Assembly (NCBI GenBank): GCA_965207885.1
Contig: OZ242311.1
Span: 4,576,001-4,640,000 of the forward strand
Origin: Candidatus Latescibacterota bacterium
Lineage (GTDB): Bacteria > Latescibacterota > UBA2968
Length of the DNA stretch: 64,000 nt
Direction: 5' to 3'
The translations under genes were made by a program, and so were the position numbers. The notes under the pieces are model-generated. The model had not been told where the DNA came from. It made no database searches and saw nothing but the letters and a program-made list of their open reading frames with translations. The number at the start of each line of letters is the position of its first letter. Position 1 is the stretch's first letter. Of this stretch, positions 28,013 through 37,812 are shown piece after piece.

Positions 28013-28318
28013 TTATTCCAGATCTTTGAGGGGGGTTGAAAGGGCATCTCGAAGTATTTTGCCGGGTTTGAACCCCACTTTGCGTCGCGCAGGCACATAG
28101 ACTTCTTCACCCGTTCGGGGATTGCGTGCGCGAGGACGGGCATTGGTGCGTTTGACTTCCCAGCTTCCAAAGCCTCGAATTTCGATCCTTTCACCTTCAA
28201 TAATAGCTTCTGCAAGAGTTTCAAAGAGTACATCTACGGCTTGTTTCGCCATTGTGTTTTTGCAGTCGATTTCATCTGCAAGTATTTTTGCCAGGTCTGC
28301 CTTGGTGATAGTTTGCAC
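28013..28318 (-). CDS. HU/IHF family DNA-binding protein (IHF-beta-like)
   Basis: TKADL, RIEIRGFGSW, ARNPRTGE, FKPGK; GTG start with GGAGG. Confidence 0.92.
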   Translation of the reverse strand: MQTITKADLAKILADEIDCKNTMAKQAVDVLFETLAEAIIEGERIEIRGFGSWEVKRTNARPRARNPRTGEEVYVPARRKVGFKPGKILRDALSTPLKDLE

Positions 28319-28407
28319 TCGCCACCCTCCACAAAAAATATTAAACGGTTTAATAGTTTTATAAAAATGAGGCGGAGTATCAAGCAAATAATGAAGCGAC
28401 TATTCAC

Positions 28408-28439
28408 AAAAAAACGGCGACCTCGCTGGATGGTCACCG
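28408..28439 (-). terminator. Terminator after tRNA
   Basis: cggtgacc/ggtcgccg followed by U-run on minus strand. Confidence 0.7.
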
Positions 28440-28449
28440 CGATGATTTA

Positions 28450-28526
28450 TGGTGGGCGCACAGGGACTCGAACCCCGGACCAACGGATTATGAGTCCGTC
28501 GCTCTAACCAACTGAGCTATGCGCCC
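28450..28526 (-). tRNA. tRNA with CAT anticodon, probably tRNA-Ile2 (lysidine); elongator Met not excluded
   Basis: GGGCGCATAGCTCAGTTGGTTAGAGCGACGGACTCATAATCCGTTGGTCCGGGGTTCGAGTCCCTGTGCGCCCACCA, 77 nt, encoded CCA, C4-G69, paired G1-C72 (not initiator). Confidence 0.92.
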
Positions 28527-28614
28527 TAAAATTTAGTTTTGCTAATCCAACGCGAAAAACAAAGATAAGGAACATAGATAAGTTGTCAACTGAAAACTGG
28601 ATACCTTATGAAAG

Positions 28615-30387
28615 TTATTTTGGCTCAGCCATCGCTTTTCGCTGGGCAGTAAGGTGGCGATGTTTTTCCAGCGTGGCGCGCAAATCGTCGGGGGAAAGCG
28701 ATTGGCGCAATTGCTTTTCGAGTAGTTCGATTTCGCTTTCGAGACTTTTGAGTTGGAACTTGTGAATATAATCTTGAATGGGAACATCGATGTTGGGATT
28801 CTCAATGCCAATTTCCAGAGATAGGTCGGTCAATATGCGGCACAAGCGTTCATCGTTGCACTGATTGATGAGGTGCGCGGCTTCAATGGATTGTTTCTGT
28901 TGTCGGTTGCGGGCAATCAGGGTGGCGATTTGCCGGTAAGTACTATTTGTAAAGTTGTCGGGAGAAATTTGCTTGAATACGCTATCGGTGGTTTCGGGAT
29001 GTTGCATCAGGAAGGTGAGCAATTCGCGCTCAGAACGGGGCCGCGTATCATAAGATTCGGGTTCTGGTTGTCCATTTTGCGGTCTCGTGGTGCGGCGTTG
29101 CGTTTGGGCAATGCCAATGAGGACTTTTTCATCTATCCCGATTTTTTCGGCGATGTCTTTGATTAGAAATTGTTTGAGGGCGTTGTCTGTGATGCGCCCA
29201 ATGAGTTCGGCCAATGCGTGTGCCGTTCGGGTTTTGCCATCTACGGTGGAGAGGTCGTCGCGTTGGGCAAATTGTTCTATGAGAAAATCGATGGCGGATG
29301 CGGCGTTTTCGGTGAGGCGCAGAAGGCCATTGAGTCCATGGGCGCGCACATAACTGTCGGGGTCGTGGTCTTCGGGAAGGGTGACAACGCGAACTTCGAG
29401 ACCCACTTCAAAGAGCGATCCGATCCCTCGCATTGCAGCGGTTGCACCGGCGGTGTCGCCGTCAAAGATGAGTATGGTTTTGGGTGCATAACGCCTGAGC
29501 AGGCGCGCCTGGTCGGTTGTGAGTGCTGTACCAGAGGATGCGACCGCGTTTTCAATGCCATACTGCGCGAGAGCAATGAGGTCCATATACCCTTCTACAA
29601 CGAGTGCTACACCCGCGTCGCGAATGGCGTCTCTATTGCGCCACAGGCCGTACAGAGTGGCACTTTTGTTGTACACAGGGGTTTCCGGAGAGTTGATGTA
29701 TTTGGCCTGTTCGTCGGGATCGAGGGCGCGCGCGCCAAAAGCGACCGGGCGACCTGTGGCTGCGTGAATGGGGAAGGTGATGCGGTTGCGAAAGCGGTCG
29801 TAAAAACCGCCTCCTGTTTGCCTTTGTAAGACCAGTCCGGCGCGTTCGAGTATTTGTGGAGAGAAGTCCCGACGGGTAGCGATTTGCAAGAAGCCATCCC
29901 ATTGATCGGGCGCGTAACCGAGGGAAAAGGCATCGATTACGTCGCGGTTTATGCCGCGATTTTCGAGGTAGGCCATTGCATCGGCGGCTTTCTCATCCTG
30001 TGTGAGCAGGTGGTGAAAATATTTGACCGCGAGTTCATTGGCGCGATAGATCTGGTCAAAGACTTCCTGCTGGTCCGGGTCTGCGGGTTTTGCATCGGGC
30101 AGGGCTATGCCCGCGCGATCGGCGAGTTGGCGGACGGCTTCGATAAAGCTGATGTTTTCTATGTCGCGCAGAAATGTAAAGCTGTTGCCGCCCGCGCCGC
30201 AGGCGAAACACTTGTAGATCTGTTTTTCTTGTGAGACGTTCAGGGAGGGTGTGGAATCGTCGTGGAAGGGACACAGTCCGACAAAATTTTTGCCCCGGCG
30301 GGTCAGTGCAACGTGGTCGCCTACGACATCGACAATATCGATAGACAGGCGCACTTGATCGATGATGGTTTCTGGAATGCGCGGCAT
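28615..30387 (-). CDS. dnaG: DNA primase
   Basis: CPFH...CFAC zinc finger, KYINSPET, VEGYMD, FDGD, DPD. Confidence 0.97.
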   Translation of the reverse strand: MPRIPETIIDQVRLSIDIVDVVGDHVALTRRGKNFVGLCPFHDDSTPSLNVSQEKQIYKCFACGAGGNSFTFLRDIENISFIEAVRQLADRAGIALPDAKPADPDQQEVFDQIYRANELAVKYFHHLLTQDEKAADAMAYLENRGINRDVIDAFSLGYAPDQWDGFLQIATRRDFSPQILERAGLVLQRQTGGGFYDRFRNRITFPIHAATGRPVAFGARALDPDEQAKYINSPETPVYNKSATLYGLWRNRDAIRDAGVALVVEGYMDLIALAQYGIENAVASSGTALTTDQARLLRRYAPKTILIFDGDTAGATAAMRGIGSLFEVGLEVRVVTLPEDHDPDSYVRAHGLNGLLRLTENAASAIDFLIEQFAQRDDLSTVDGKTRTAHALAELIGRITDNALKQFLIKDIAEKIGIDEKVLIGIAQTQRRTTRPQNGQPEPESYDTRPRSERELLTFLMQHPETTDSVFKQISPDNFTNSTYRQIATLIARNRQQKQSIEAAHLINQCNDERLCRILTDLSLEIGIENPNIDVPIQDYIHKFQLKSLESEIELLEKQLRQSLSPDDLRATLEKHRHLTAQRKAMAEPK

Positions 30388-30445
30388 GTAAGGAACTCCC
30401 CGGGGAGAGGAGATGGAAGCTGTAAATAAGTGTTGTAGGCTAACT

Positions 30446-32398
30446 TTAAGCTGGATCAACCCAATCGCCGCCGGCGCGTATCAGGTCAATCAGTTCGTCA
30501 ACCGCGCCTTCTGTGGGGATATTGCGTTTGACGATGTCTTTGCCCTTGTAGAGCGTGATTTTGCCGGGACCACTGCCCACATAGCCGTAATCGGCGTCGG
30601 CCATTTCGCCCGGGCCGTTGACTATGCAGCCCATAATGCCAATTTTGACGCCTTTGAGGTGGTTGGTGTGGCTTCGAATCAGGGCGGTGGTTTCCTGCAG
30701 GTCGAACAGGGTGCGCCCGCACGAAGGACAGGATATGTATTCGGTTTTGGAGATGCGGGTGCGCGTGGCTTGCAAGATGCCGAAGGCCGTGCGGGTGAGG
30801 GTGTGATCGTCTATTTGATCGGATGTATTTTCGAGCCACAAGCCATCGCCGAGGCCATCGACGAGCAGTCCTCCGCAGTCTGTGGCGGCGTGGAGCATGA
30901 AGGCGTCATTGGCTGAATACTTTGTTGCGCTATACGTTCGGCGGATGACTACGGGTATGTTGCAGGACCAATCTGCAAGCAGGCAGAATGCGCGGCGCAG
31001 TTCGGGCATGGCGTGGGTGTTGTGAGTTAGCAGGACGAGCACTGCACAGGGATCGGCCTTGAGCGCATGGATAAGTGGTTCGTCGAGTGCGTCGAGTTCG
31101 GCACGGACAAAGGTGATGCGCTCGGATGTGTGATTGGCTTGCAAGTATGCAGCCGCAGAAAAAATCGGGTATGCGGCGGATGCGGGCGACCAGGCCCGGG
31201 CATTTTGAATGACGCCAAGCGTGCCGGGGAGTTCAAAATCCAGGGTGTGATCGCCGATGTTAAGAAAGTCAACGGCCATGTCGGCGATATGCCATTTGTC
31301 GAGTGCAGCGTCATACGAATACCCAAAAGGTTGCAGGGATTCGGGGGTGATGGTGCCCTGCGGGGTGGCAATGACGATTGGGACACTCGGTTTGCCGATT
31401 TTTTCAACCTGTCGCGTTGCGCGGCGGGTGTAAGAAAATGGATCGATATGGGATGTTTGAATTTCCGGTATTGGCGCGTGATCGCTTCGGTTGCGATAGC
31501 GGGCGACCAGTGCTTGCGCTACGGGGATTTCGGCTTCGGGTTCTTCGGTGAGGGAGACGCGAATGGTATCGCCCAGGCCGTCTTCGAGCAGCGCGCCTAT
31601 GCCCACGGCCGATTTGATGCGTCCGTCTTCGCCATCGCCAGCTTCCGTGACTCCCAGATGGAGCGGATAGTTCATGCCTTCGGCCATCATCTTGTTTACC
31701 AGCAGGCGATAGGCTTGAACCATGATTTGCGGATTGCTGGCTTTCATGGAAAATACGATGTCGTGATAGTTGAAGTCAATGCATATCCGCGCAAATTCAA
31801 GGGCGGATTCGACCATGCCGAGTGGGGTGTCGCCAAATCTGCTCATAATGCGGTCTGAGAGCGACCCGTGGTTGGTGCCAATCCGCATGGCTGTGCCGTA
31901 TTCTTTGCAGATTTTGACCAGTGGCGCGAATCTGTCGCGAATGCGGTGTAGTTCCCCGGCGTATTGTGCATCGGTGTATTCGATGATCTGAAATTTTTTT
32001 TTGTCGGCGTAATTGCCGGGGTTCACGCGCACTTTTTCCACGATTCGGGCCGCGATTTCAGCGGCGTTGGGCGTGTAGTGAATATCGGCTATCAGTGGGG
32101 TGGTATAGCCCGCAGATCTGATTTTTTTTCGGATGTTTTCGAGGTTGCGGGCTTCGTTCTGGCTGGGCGCTGTTATGCGCACGTATTCACATCCGGCGCA
32201 GATCATGCGGATGGACTGGGCGACCGTGCCATCGGTGTCCATGGTATCGGTTGTGGTCATTGACTGCACGCGAATGGGATTGTCGCCGCCGAGTGGTACA
32301 CCCCCGATATCGATTTCGCGGGTTTTGAAGCGGGCGTATTCCGTGAGCGAATTGCAGTATTTGCCCGGAGAGATGAGCAGGCCGCTGGTTATGGACAT
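30446..32398 (-). CDS. ispG: (E)-4-hydroxy-3-methylbut-2-enyl-diphosphate synthase, long form
   Basis: RVQSMT, ADIHY, RIGTNHGSL, HLGVTEAG, SCPSCGRT, GCIVNGPGE. Confidence 0.97.
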   Translation of the reverse strand: MSITSGLLISPGKYCNSLTEYARFKTREIDIGGVPLGGDNPIRVQSMTTTDTMDTDGTVAQSIRMICAGCEYVRITAPSQNEARNLENIRKKIRSAGYTTPLIADIHYTPNAAEIAARIVEKVRVNPGNYADKKKFQIIEYTDAQYAGELHRIRDRFAPLVKICKEYGTAMRIGTNHGSLSDRIMSRFGDTPLGMVESALEFARICIDFNYHDIVFSMKASNPQIMVQAYRLLVNKMMAEGMNYPLHLGVTEAGDGEDGRIKSAVGIGALLEDGLGDTIRVSLTEEPEAEIPVAQALVARYRNRSDHAPIPEIQTSHIDPFSYTRRATRQVEKIGKPSVPIVIATPQGTITPESLQPFGYSYDAALDKWHIADMAVDFLNIGDHTLDFELPGTLGVIQNARAWSPASAAYPIFSAAAYLQANHTSERITFVRAELDALDEPLIHALKADPCAVLVLLTHNTHAMPELRRAFCLLADWSCNIPVVIRRTYSATKYSANDAFMLHAATDCGGLLVDGLGDGLWLENTSDQIDDHTLTRTAFGILQATRTRISKTEYISCPSCGRTLFDLQETTALIRSHTNHLKGVKIGIMGCIVNGPGEMADADYGYVGSGPGKITLYKGKDIVKRNIPTEGAVDELIDLIRAGGDWVDPA

Positions 32399-32416
32399 TG
32401 GTCGTCTCTGTGGTTG

Positions 32417-33052
32417 TTAGTAGGGACGGGTTTTAAACCCGTTCCTACTTGGATTCCTCAAGCATTTCGTCGATTTTTTTCGCGCTTCACCGGCTTCTTT
32501 GTTCAGCTTTTCAATTAGAGGAGGCGTTTTTTCGATCTGAATGCCCAGTTTTTCGAGCAGGGTTTTTACGTCGGGAAACATGGCCTGTACACCGTCGGCA
32601 ATCATCCGGGCGGATTTTTGAAGCGGTGCGCCTAAGGTGGAATTGTCGATGAATTCGGGCACGCGGCTGTGAATGGGATGGGCACGAAAAAATATGGTGA
32701 TCAGACCTAAAATCAATGCGCCTTGAACCAGCCCCAGAGCAATGCCGCCAAATGCGTCAATCGCGCCGAGGGGAGAGGTCCGCAGCATTCCGTGAAGGGC
32801 GCGCCCGAGAAAATAGCAGGCGGCCAGGACAGCCACAAATACGACGAGGAATCCGAATAGCGCGGCGCCGCTGCCGAGGTCTTCTGTTGTATCGAACAAA
32901 GCGCGCGCTGTTGTTTCGCCATAAGTGAGGGCAAAACCATAGGCCAATATCACGCTGAACAGCATGATGAGGCTTTGTACCAGCCCAATTTGCCATCCTT
33001 TTCGAGCGAACCAGAAGAGGCCGAGGGCAAAAATGAGATCGACGATGTTCAT
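32417..33052 (-). CDS. cvpA: CvpA family (colicin V production) membrane protein; 3' end probably frameshifted
   Basis: MNIVDLI...GWQIG, LGAIDAFGG; typical position after rpsU. Confidence 0.8.
   Translation of the reverse strand: MNIVDLIFALGLFWFARKGWQIGLVQSLIMLFSVILAYGFALTYGETTARALFDTTEDLGSGAALFGFLVVFVAVLAACYFLGRALHGMLRTSPLGAIDAFGGIALGLVQGALILGLITIFFRAHPIHSRVPEFIDNSTLGAPLQKSARMIADGVQAMFPDVKTLLEKLGIQIEKTPPLIEKLNKEAGEARKKSTKCLRNPSRNGFKTRPY
32420..32448. repeat. REP-like palindrome
   Basis: GTAGGGACGGGTTTTAAACCCGTTCCTAC. Confidence 0.7.
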
Positions 33053-33128
33053 GTGAGGGGGAATGGATAAAAAAAAAGCGATAGCCACCCTGAGTGATTA
33101 TCGCTTAATTCGAATAATTGCGAAAGAC

Positions 33129-33326
33129 TTAGCGGGTGTATTGCTGGTCCATTTTGATCCGCTTGCGTCTTGCTGCGGCAATTTTGCGTTTCCGACGTTC
33201 ACTCGGTTTTTCAAAGTGCTGATTTTTCTTCATGTCGGAAATAACACCGGCTTTTTCGCAGGCCTTTTTGAACCGCTTGAGTGCTCTTTCGAACGGTTCG
33301 TCGTCGCGTACGAGGACACCAGGCAT
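33129..33326 (-). CDS. rpsU: 30S ribosomal protein S21
   Basis: ERALKRFKK...FEKPSERRKRK; promoter TTGCAA-17-TATGTT at 33414-33386. Confidence 0.96.
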   Translation of the reverse strand: MPGVLVRDDEPFERALKRFKKACEKAGVISDMKKNQHFEKPSERRKRKIAAARRKRIKMDQQYTR

Positions 33327-33602
33327 GCCGGGAATCACCCCTTTCTTTGGAGAATGTGATGAATAACTAAGACGAATTTCAATATAACATATAAAATGTC
33401 CCGCACTTTTGCAACTCGTTTTTCCCCCTTCGTCCCTCTTTGGCTATACGCCTTGAATTTGTTCAATAAAAAAACGTCTTTGTTCATTTGAAGGCGTCTT
33501 TTATTTTTAATGCGGGATTGTTGGACTTTGGGTTTGAATGGGAACTCAAAAAAGTGTCGGGCGTTTTGGATGGGGGAAAAGGATTACCAAACGGAGGGGC
33601 GA

Positions 33603-34910
33603 ATGCAGTCCACAAATGAAAATAAGATCGACGACAAGCTCAAGGATTTACAATTGCGCCTGTCCAGCCAGAGTTTTTTAACGGCTTATTTTTTTCTTTT
33701 GGCGGTCCTTATTGTCATCGTATTCCTCATTTATACCCAGCTTTACGTGGTACAACCCATGCGGCAAGAAGCCAGACGTATGGGAGAGTTATACGCGTTT
33801 ATGCACGGTGTGGCTACGTTGGACACTATTGAGGTCAAGGGCTTTTATAAGGATGTCATTTTTCACACTGTCCAGAATCCCAATTTTCCGGTTGTAATCA
33901 CAGACGAACAGGGTATTCCACGATACTGGAAGGCGATTGACATTCCTCCCTTTGGTGACCGTACCCCCGAAACCCTGGGCAAAGTGATGGACAAGGCTTA
34001 CGCGCTCGATCGGGAAAATGACCCATTGCGGTTTGAATATCCCGGCTCAGAATGGGATCCAGATAATAAACCCGTCAAGAAGGAACCGGAAATCTGGAGA
34101 TTGCACTGGGGGGCGTCCGCGCTGGAGAAGCGTTTGAACTGGTTGCCCTGGGTTGCTTTTGGGGTGACGATCGTATTTACTGGGGGTGGATATCTCGGAT
34201 TTCGTTATATTAAGAATAGAGAACAGCGATCTCTTTGGGTGGGGATGGCTCGGGAAACAGCCCATCAGTTGGGAACGCCGCTGTCTTCGCTGTACGGTTG
34301 GTTGGCGTTGTTGAAGGACGAGTTGGATGCAGAGGGTGATAAAGAGAGCAGTCAGAGGCTGAAAGATATTCTGGGGGAAATGGATCGGGATACGAGTCGA
34401 TTAGACAAGATTGCTTCTCGTTTTAGTCTGATTGGTTCCACGCCCGAATTGCGATTGGATCTGGTGCGCGATGTGGTGGCTGAAACAGCGGGTTATTTGC
34501 GCGCGCGCTTGCCGGAGAATGTGCAAATTGTGGAGGAACTGGACGATGTGCCGGTTGTTCCAATCAATCGGGAACTTCTGGGGTGGGCGTTTGAAAATCT
34601 TTTCAGAAATGCCGCCGATGCAATGGAAGGCCGAGGGGGCCGCATTGATGTGTCGTCGCGCGTGGAGGAACACCGGGTGGTTATTGAAGTGCGCGATACG
34701 GGAAAGGGCATGCCTTCGCATATGTTTAAGCAGGTTTTTTTGCCGGGTACCAGTACCAAGAAACGCGGGTGGGGACTCGGTCTGGCATTTGTGAAACGCA
34801 TTGTGGAAGACTATCACAGTGGAAAGGTGTATATCAAAGAAAGTGTACCAGGTCAGGGTACGACATTTGTCATTTTGCTGCCTTTGTCTCCGGCAGATAT
34901 AGATGACTAA
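33603..34910 (+). CDS. Membrane sensor histidine kinase
   Basis: 2 TM, H-box ETAHQLGTPLSSL, N-box, DTGKG, GWGLGL. Confidence 0.93.
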   Translation: MQSTNENKIDDKLKDLQLRLSSQSFLTAYFFLLAVLIVIVFLIYTQLYVVQPMRQEARRMGELYAFMHGVATLDTIEVKGFYKDVIFHTVQNPNFPVVITDEQGIPRYWKAIDIPPFGDRTPETLGKVMDKAYALDRENDPLRFEYPGSEWDPDNKPVKKEPEIWRLHWGASALEKRLNWLPWVAFGVTIVFTGGGYLGFRYIKNREQRSLWVGMARETAHQLGTPLSSLYGWLALLKDELDAEGDKESSQRLKDILGEMDRDTSRLDKIASRFSLIGSTPELRLDLVRDVVAETAGYLRARLPENVQIVEELDDVPVVPINRELLGWAFENLFRNAADAMEGRGGRIDVSSRVEEHRVVIEVRDTGKGMPSHMFKQVFLPGTSTKKRGWGLGLAFVKRIVEDYHSGKVYIKESVPGQGTTFVILLPLSPADIDD

Positions 34911-34945
34911 TAATCCTTTATCAATCATTAAAAGCAGAGGTACAT

Positions 34946-36514
34946 GTGAATCAAACGCAAGAAGCTAAGCAGATTTTGTGGGCAGATGACGAGATCGATT
35001 TGTTGCGACCCCATCAAATTTTTCTCAAGGATCGGGGATATGATATAACCCCTGTGACCAATGGCGACGATGCTATTGCCATGGTTCAGAAACGCGGATT
35101 TGATGCGGTATTGCTCGATGAAATGATGGCTGGACGAGATGGGTTGTCAACTCTGGCGGCGATTAAGGATATCAATCCGCATATTCCGGTTATTATGATT
35201 ACGAAAAACGAAGAAGAACGGTTGATGGAACAGGCCATTGGACAGCGGATTGACGACTATTTGACCAAGCCCGTGAATCCGAGTCAGATTTTGCTGGCGT
35301 GCAAAAAGTTGCTCGATGCACGTCAAATTCAAAAAGACCGCATGGGGCTGGACTATGCGGCTGCATCCAACAGGTTGCGCGAGGCCCTCGTCCTGGCCGA
35401 TTCATGGCGAGATTGGATCGATCTTCACGTGCGGCTGTCTGAGTGGGATTTGGAATTGGATCGCTTTTACGATCCGGGCTTGCGCACTATGCACGACGAT
35501 TTGCGCCGCGCCTGCAATTTGGCGTTTGGCAAGTTTATCGAGGATAATTACAGCCAGTGGGTGCAAGACGAAGAAGATTCGCCCACGCTTTCTGTGGATA
35601 TTGTATCCGAATTTGTCGCGCCCTGTGTGCAAGATGGACAACAGGTGTTTTTTGTGGTGGTCGATTGTATGCGATTGGATCACTGGCTTGCCATTTTGCC
35701 ATTGTTGTCCGATATTTTTGATATTGAGCAACACTACCACTACTCTATTTTGCCGACTGCGACGCCGTATTCCCGCAATGCCATTTTCAGCGGCCTTTTT
35801 CCCATTGATCTCGCGGGAATGTATCCCGATGAGTGGCAAGTCGCGCGTGACGACGACATGAGTCGCAACCGACACGAGCACCAATTGCTCGATCAACAGC
35901 TCGCAGAAATTGATCCAGAATTGGATTTGGATACGCGCTACGTCAAAATACTGGATATTGCAGAGGGTAACCGGCTGGCGAAGAAGGTGCATTCTTACCG
36001 GTCTTTCCCGATTATGGCAGTTGTGGTCAATTTTCTGGATATGCTCACGCACGGTCGTTCCGAATCCGAATTGTTACAGGAAATGGCGCCCAATGAGCCT
36101 GCTTATCGGTCTTTGACGCGGTCGTGGTTCTCACATTCGTCTCTTTTCGAGATGTTGCGCAAGCTGTCCGAGACCGACTCGACGGTGGTGCTGACGACAG
36201 ATCACGGCTGTATGCTGAGTTCGCGGGCTTCTCTGGCTTATGGCAATCGGGATACTTCGACGGGGATTCGCTTCAAATACGGCAAAAATTTGCGATGCGA
36301 TAACCGCCACGCGATGCATATTCGAGATCCCGAGGCTTTTGGTTTGCCGAGTTTGGGACAGGGGACTCATTACATTATTTGCAGGGAAGATTACTTTTTT
36401 GTGTATCCCACCAATTTCAACGAGTACCAGGCCAAATACGCCAATAGTTTTCAACACGGGGGAATCTCCCTTGAAGAGTGTATTTTGCCGGTTGCTATTA
36501 TGCGCGGGAAATGA
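34946..36514 (+). CDS. porX: PorX-like response regulator (REC + PglZ/alkaline phosphatase domain)
   Basis: ILWADDEIDLL, LLDEMM, VVDCMRLD, LPTATPYSRNAIFSG, TTDHG, FQHGGIS; followed by tsaE. Confidence 0.88.
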   Translation: MNQTQEAKQILWADDEIDLLRPHQIFLKDRGYDITPVTNGDDAIAMVQKRGFDAVLLDEMMAGRDGLSTLAAIKDINPHIPVIMITKNEEERLMEQAIGQRIDDYLTKPVNPSQILLACKKLLDARQIQKDRMGLDYAAASNRLREALVLADSWRDWIDLHVRLSEWDLELDRFYDPGLRTMHDDLRRACNLAFGKFIEDNYSQWVQDEEDSPTLSVDIVSEFVAPCVQDGQQVFFVVVDCMRLDHWLAILPLLSDIFDIEQHYHYSILPTATPYSRNAIFSGLFPIDLAGMYPDEWQVARDDDMSRNRHEHQLLDQQLAEIDPELDLDTRYVKILDIAEGNRLAKKVHSYRSFPIMAVVVNFLDMLTHGRSESELLQEMAPNEPAYRSLTRSWFSHSSLFEMLRKLSETDSTVVLTTDHGCMLSSRASLAYGNRDTSTGIRFKYGKNLRCDNRHAMHIRDPEAFGLPSLGQGTHYIICREDYFFVYPTNFNEYQAKYANSFQHGGISLEECILPVAIMRGK

Positions 36515-36523
36515 TTGGGTACT

Positions 36524-36967
36524 ATGTCAAATAGGACGATTACACGGGTATCTTCGTCGCCCGATCAAACACATGGGTTTGGACGCGATCTCGCGGCGCA
36601 GATCGAGCCGGGCGATTGCGTTGCCCTCACAGGAGATTTGGGCAGTGGCAAAACCTGTTTTGTACAGGGTGTTTGCGCGGGCTTGAATGTGACCGATTAT
36701 GTGACGAGTCCGACTTTTGTCATCGTCAATGAATACGAGGGGGTTTCGCCCGCTAGAAAGCCTATGCCGGTGTATCATTTTGATCTTTATCGATTGGGCA
36801 GTCCCGATGAACTCTATGAGATTGGGTGTGATGATTTATTTTACGGCGAGGGTGTGTGTTTGATTGAGTGGGCAGATTTGGGGGGCGATCTGATTCCCGA
36901 CCATGCCATTGATGTGCATTTTGTCCATGTAGGGGAGATGGTTCGGAACCTGACGATTGAATCGTAG
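36524..36967 (+). CDS. tsaE: tRNA t6A biosynthesis ATPase
   Basis: GDLGSGKT, VTSPTF, HFDLYRL, IEW. Confidence 0.95.
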   Translation: MSNRTITRVSSSPDQTHGFGRDLAAQIEPGDCVALTGDLGSGKTCFVQGVCAGLNVTDYVTSPTFVIVNEYEGVSPARKPMPVYHFDLYRLGSPDELYEIGCDDLFYGEGVCLIEWADLGGDLIPDHAIDVHFVHVGEMVRNLTIES

Positions 36968-36997
36968 CGTCATTCGGTCAGACCGGGAGGGAGTGAC

Positions 36998-37795
36998 GTG
37001 TTCCAAAGAGGATATAATCGCAGATCCATTTGGATGTGTTGGCTCTCATACGGTACGCTTGCCCTGTGTGTTTACATTATGGCATTTGTACCGGTTTGGG
37101 CACAGCAAGACTTACAGCCGCGGCAATTGGTTGAAGCCCCCACGGCGGGTTTGTTGCCCAGTCGCGGTCTGGGGTTGGATCTGCGGTTTTATGGAGGCGA
37201 TGGGATTTTGGGGGGTGTATCGGTCGGTTTGTTCAGCCGGGGTATGGTTGGGGTGTCTTTTGGCGGGAGCGATCTTTTGGGAAACGAGGCGGTGAATTTA
37301 AACCCGCGGATCGAGTTTTCAGGTCGCGTGCGGGTGCTTGAAGAGGGATATACAATTCCGGCTCTGGCAGTGGGTTATACATCGCAGGGATACGGGATGT
37401 TCGATGATGAGTTGATGCGCTATACCCGCAAGTCCAAGGGTGTTTATGTCGTTGCCAGCAAAAATTTCAAGTTGCCTTTGGGGCATACGGGTCTTCACGT
37501 TGGGGCGAACCGAAGTTTTGAAGATGGCGATGGCGATAGTGATTTTACGGGTTATGTCGGAGTAGATACAGGGTTTGGAAAATATGTGGTGGTGCTGGCG
37601 GAATACGATTTTGGATTGAACGATAATTCGGACAATAGCCTGGGTTCTGGAAAGGGATTTTTCAACGCCGGTATCAGATGGACGCTGTCTGAGGCATTTG
37701 CTCTGGAATTTGATTTGAAGAATATTTTCCGCAATGGCATGCAAAATCCACATCCCGATCGGGAGCTTCGCATTGCGTATTTTGGAAAATTTTGA
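36998..37795 (+). CDS. Outer-membrane beta-barrel protein (YjbH-like)
   Basis: Signal peptide, PTAG motif, AEYD, C-terminal F. Confidence 0.65.
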   Translation: MFQRGYNRRSIWMCWLSYGTLALCVYIMAFVPVWAQQDLQPRQLVEAPTAGLLPSRGLGLDLRFYGGDGILGGVSVGLFSRGMVGVSFGGSDLLGNEAVNLNPRIEFSGRVRVLEEGYTIPALAVGYTSQGYGMFDDELMRYTRKSKGVYVVASKNFKLPLGHTGLHVGANRSFEDGDGDSDFTGYVGVDTGFGKYVVVLAEYDFGLNDNSDNSLGSGKGFFNAGIRWTLSEAFALEFDLKNIFRNGMQNPHPDRELRIAYFGKF

Positions 37796-37812
37796 TTTTT
37801 TTGAGGGTGGGC

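Noticed and set aside
28450-28526. Prophage/ICE integrated at the tRNA
   Set aside because: No integrase and no duplicated tRNA 3' end seen in the window.
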